From: Escherichia phage BP9
Length of the DNA stretch: 64,000 nt
Reading direction: 5' to 3' (one strand)
Sequence record: PP488543.1
The position numbers and the translations under genes were made by a program. Below the pieces are notes generated by a model. That model was given only the letters and a program-made list of their open reading frames with translations, made no database searches and had not been told where the DNA came from. This document shows, in pieces, positions 63,568-64,000 of the stretch; the stretch's first letter is position 1, and each line of letters starts with the position of its first letter.

Positions 63568-63966
63568 ATGATTTCAGGTTTAACATGGCTGAGTAGGTAT
63601 AGAGGGATCATAAAAGGTTTAGTTTTTGCAGCGGCTATAGGTACAGCTTATCTTGGGGCCGTGTATTGGTTTAACTCTAAGCTTAATGAAGCCTACCAAG
63701 AAGGTGTGTTAGCAACAGAGTTGAAGTGGGAACGGATCCTTGATCAGCAACAAAAGCAGGCCGACAAAATTAAAATGGGCCACGCAGAGGAGGTTAAAAA
63801 CCTTGAAAAATCCCTTTCTGATCTGCAGGATAAATTAAATATAGCTGAGAGGGCAGGTAGAGAAAAGCAGATTATCTACCTCCAATCACCTGAAGGTAAG
63901 AAGTCAACACTTCCTGATCAGCTTATAGATATTTATAATGAGAGTATCAATCAGGAGGATCGATGA
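63568..63966 (+). CDS. membrane-anchored coiled-coil protein (i-spanin-like)
   Basis: N-terminal TM helix GLVFAAAIGTAYLGAVYWF then coiled-coil; ATGA coupling to next ORF. Confidence 0.4.
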   Translation: MISGLTWLSRYRGIIKGLVFAAAIGTAYLGAVYWFNSKLNEAYQEGVLATELKWERILDQQQKQADKIKMGHAEEVKNLEKSLSDLQDKLNIAERAGREKQIIYLQSPEGKKSTLPDQLIDIYNESINQEDR

Positions 63967-64000
63967 GAGTTGCCACACTGTTTATTGCGTGCTTGTTATT
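63963..64000 (+). CDS. lipoprotein-like ORF, 5' fragment (o-spanin-like)
   Basis: MRVATLFIACLL... signal with Cys; runs off window. Confidence 0.3.
   Translation, partial: MRVATLFIACLL

Noticed and set aside
1-64000. Prophage or temperate-phage interpretation
   Set aside because: No integrase, repressor/Cro switch, att-like repeats or host flanking genes; content (RNR, tRNAs, nucleases, many small early genes) fits a virulent phage.

Overview
64-kb window from the early / DNA-metabolism region of a large virulent tailed phage (Caudoviricetes) with enterobacterial-type sigma70 promoters and SD sequences. Gene content is T5-/FelixO1-like, but the genus cannot be assigned from sequence alone. 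No integrase, CRISPR array or virion structural genes are present. All calls are by eye from the six-frame track and the raw sequence; no searches were run. Layout: (1) 1-7.5 kb, plus-strand block of about 20 small genes, including a protein ending in the E. coli SSB C-terminal tip (FDDDIPF) and a macro-domain protein. (2) 7.5-8.5 kb repeat-rich noncoding boundary. (3) 8.5-18.9 kb, plus-strand block of about 30 small early genes, most with a TTGACA/TATAAT-like promoter, a 5'-proximal GC hairpin, a CA-rich leader and a strong RBS. (4) 18.9-21.4 kb noncoding region rich in iterons and inverted repeats, between convergent blocks (candidate origin). (5) 21.4-58.2 kb minus-strand block: arrays of small paralogous genes, an HPF (ribosome hibernation factor) homolog, two DNA methyltransferases, ClpP-like protease, PhoH, NrdG-NrdD-glutaredoxin-NrdB-NrdA, ThyX-like protein, HAD nucleotidase, dNMP kinase, DEDD exonuclease, EndoVII, RuvC-like resolvase, FEN-like exonuclease, HNH protein, lambda-R-like lysozyme, DNA ligase, MazG-like protein, a Sir2 lacking Zn-ribbon cysteines, and an RNA-ligase-like nucleotidyltransferase. 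(6) 58.3-59.7 kb divergent plus-strand P-loop polynucleotide-kinase-like protein, metallophosphatase, and an HTH protein followed by three palindromic operators. (7) Two GC-rich, stem-rich noncoding segments. (8) A tRNA cluster of 6 canonical tRNAs (Arg-UCU, Tyr-GUA, Ser-UGA, Thr-UGU, Met-CAU, Pro-UGG) plus an aberrant 99-nt tRNA-like element. (9) Spanin-like genes at the 3' edge. The most interesting candidate system is the split RNA-repair module (ligase + kinase + metallophosphatase) beside Sir2/MazG-like genes and the tRNA cluster.
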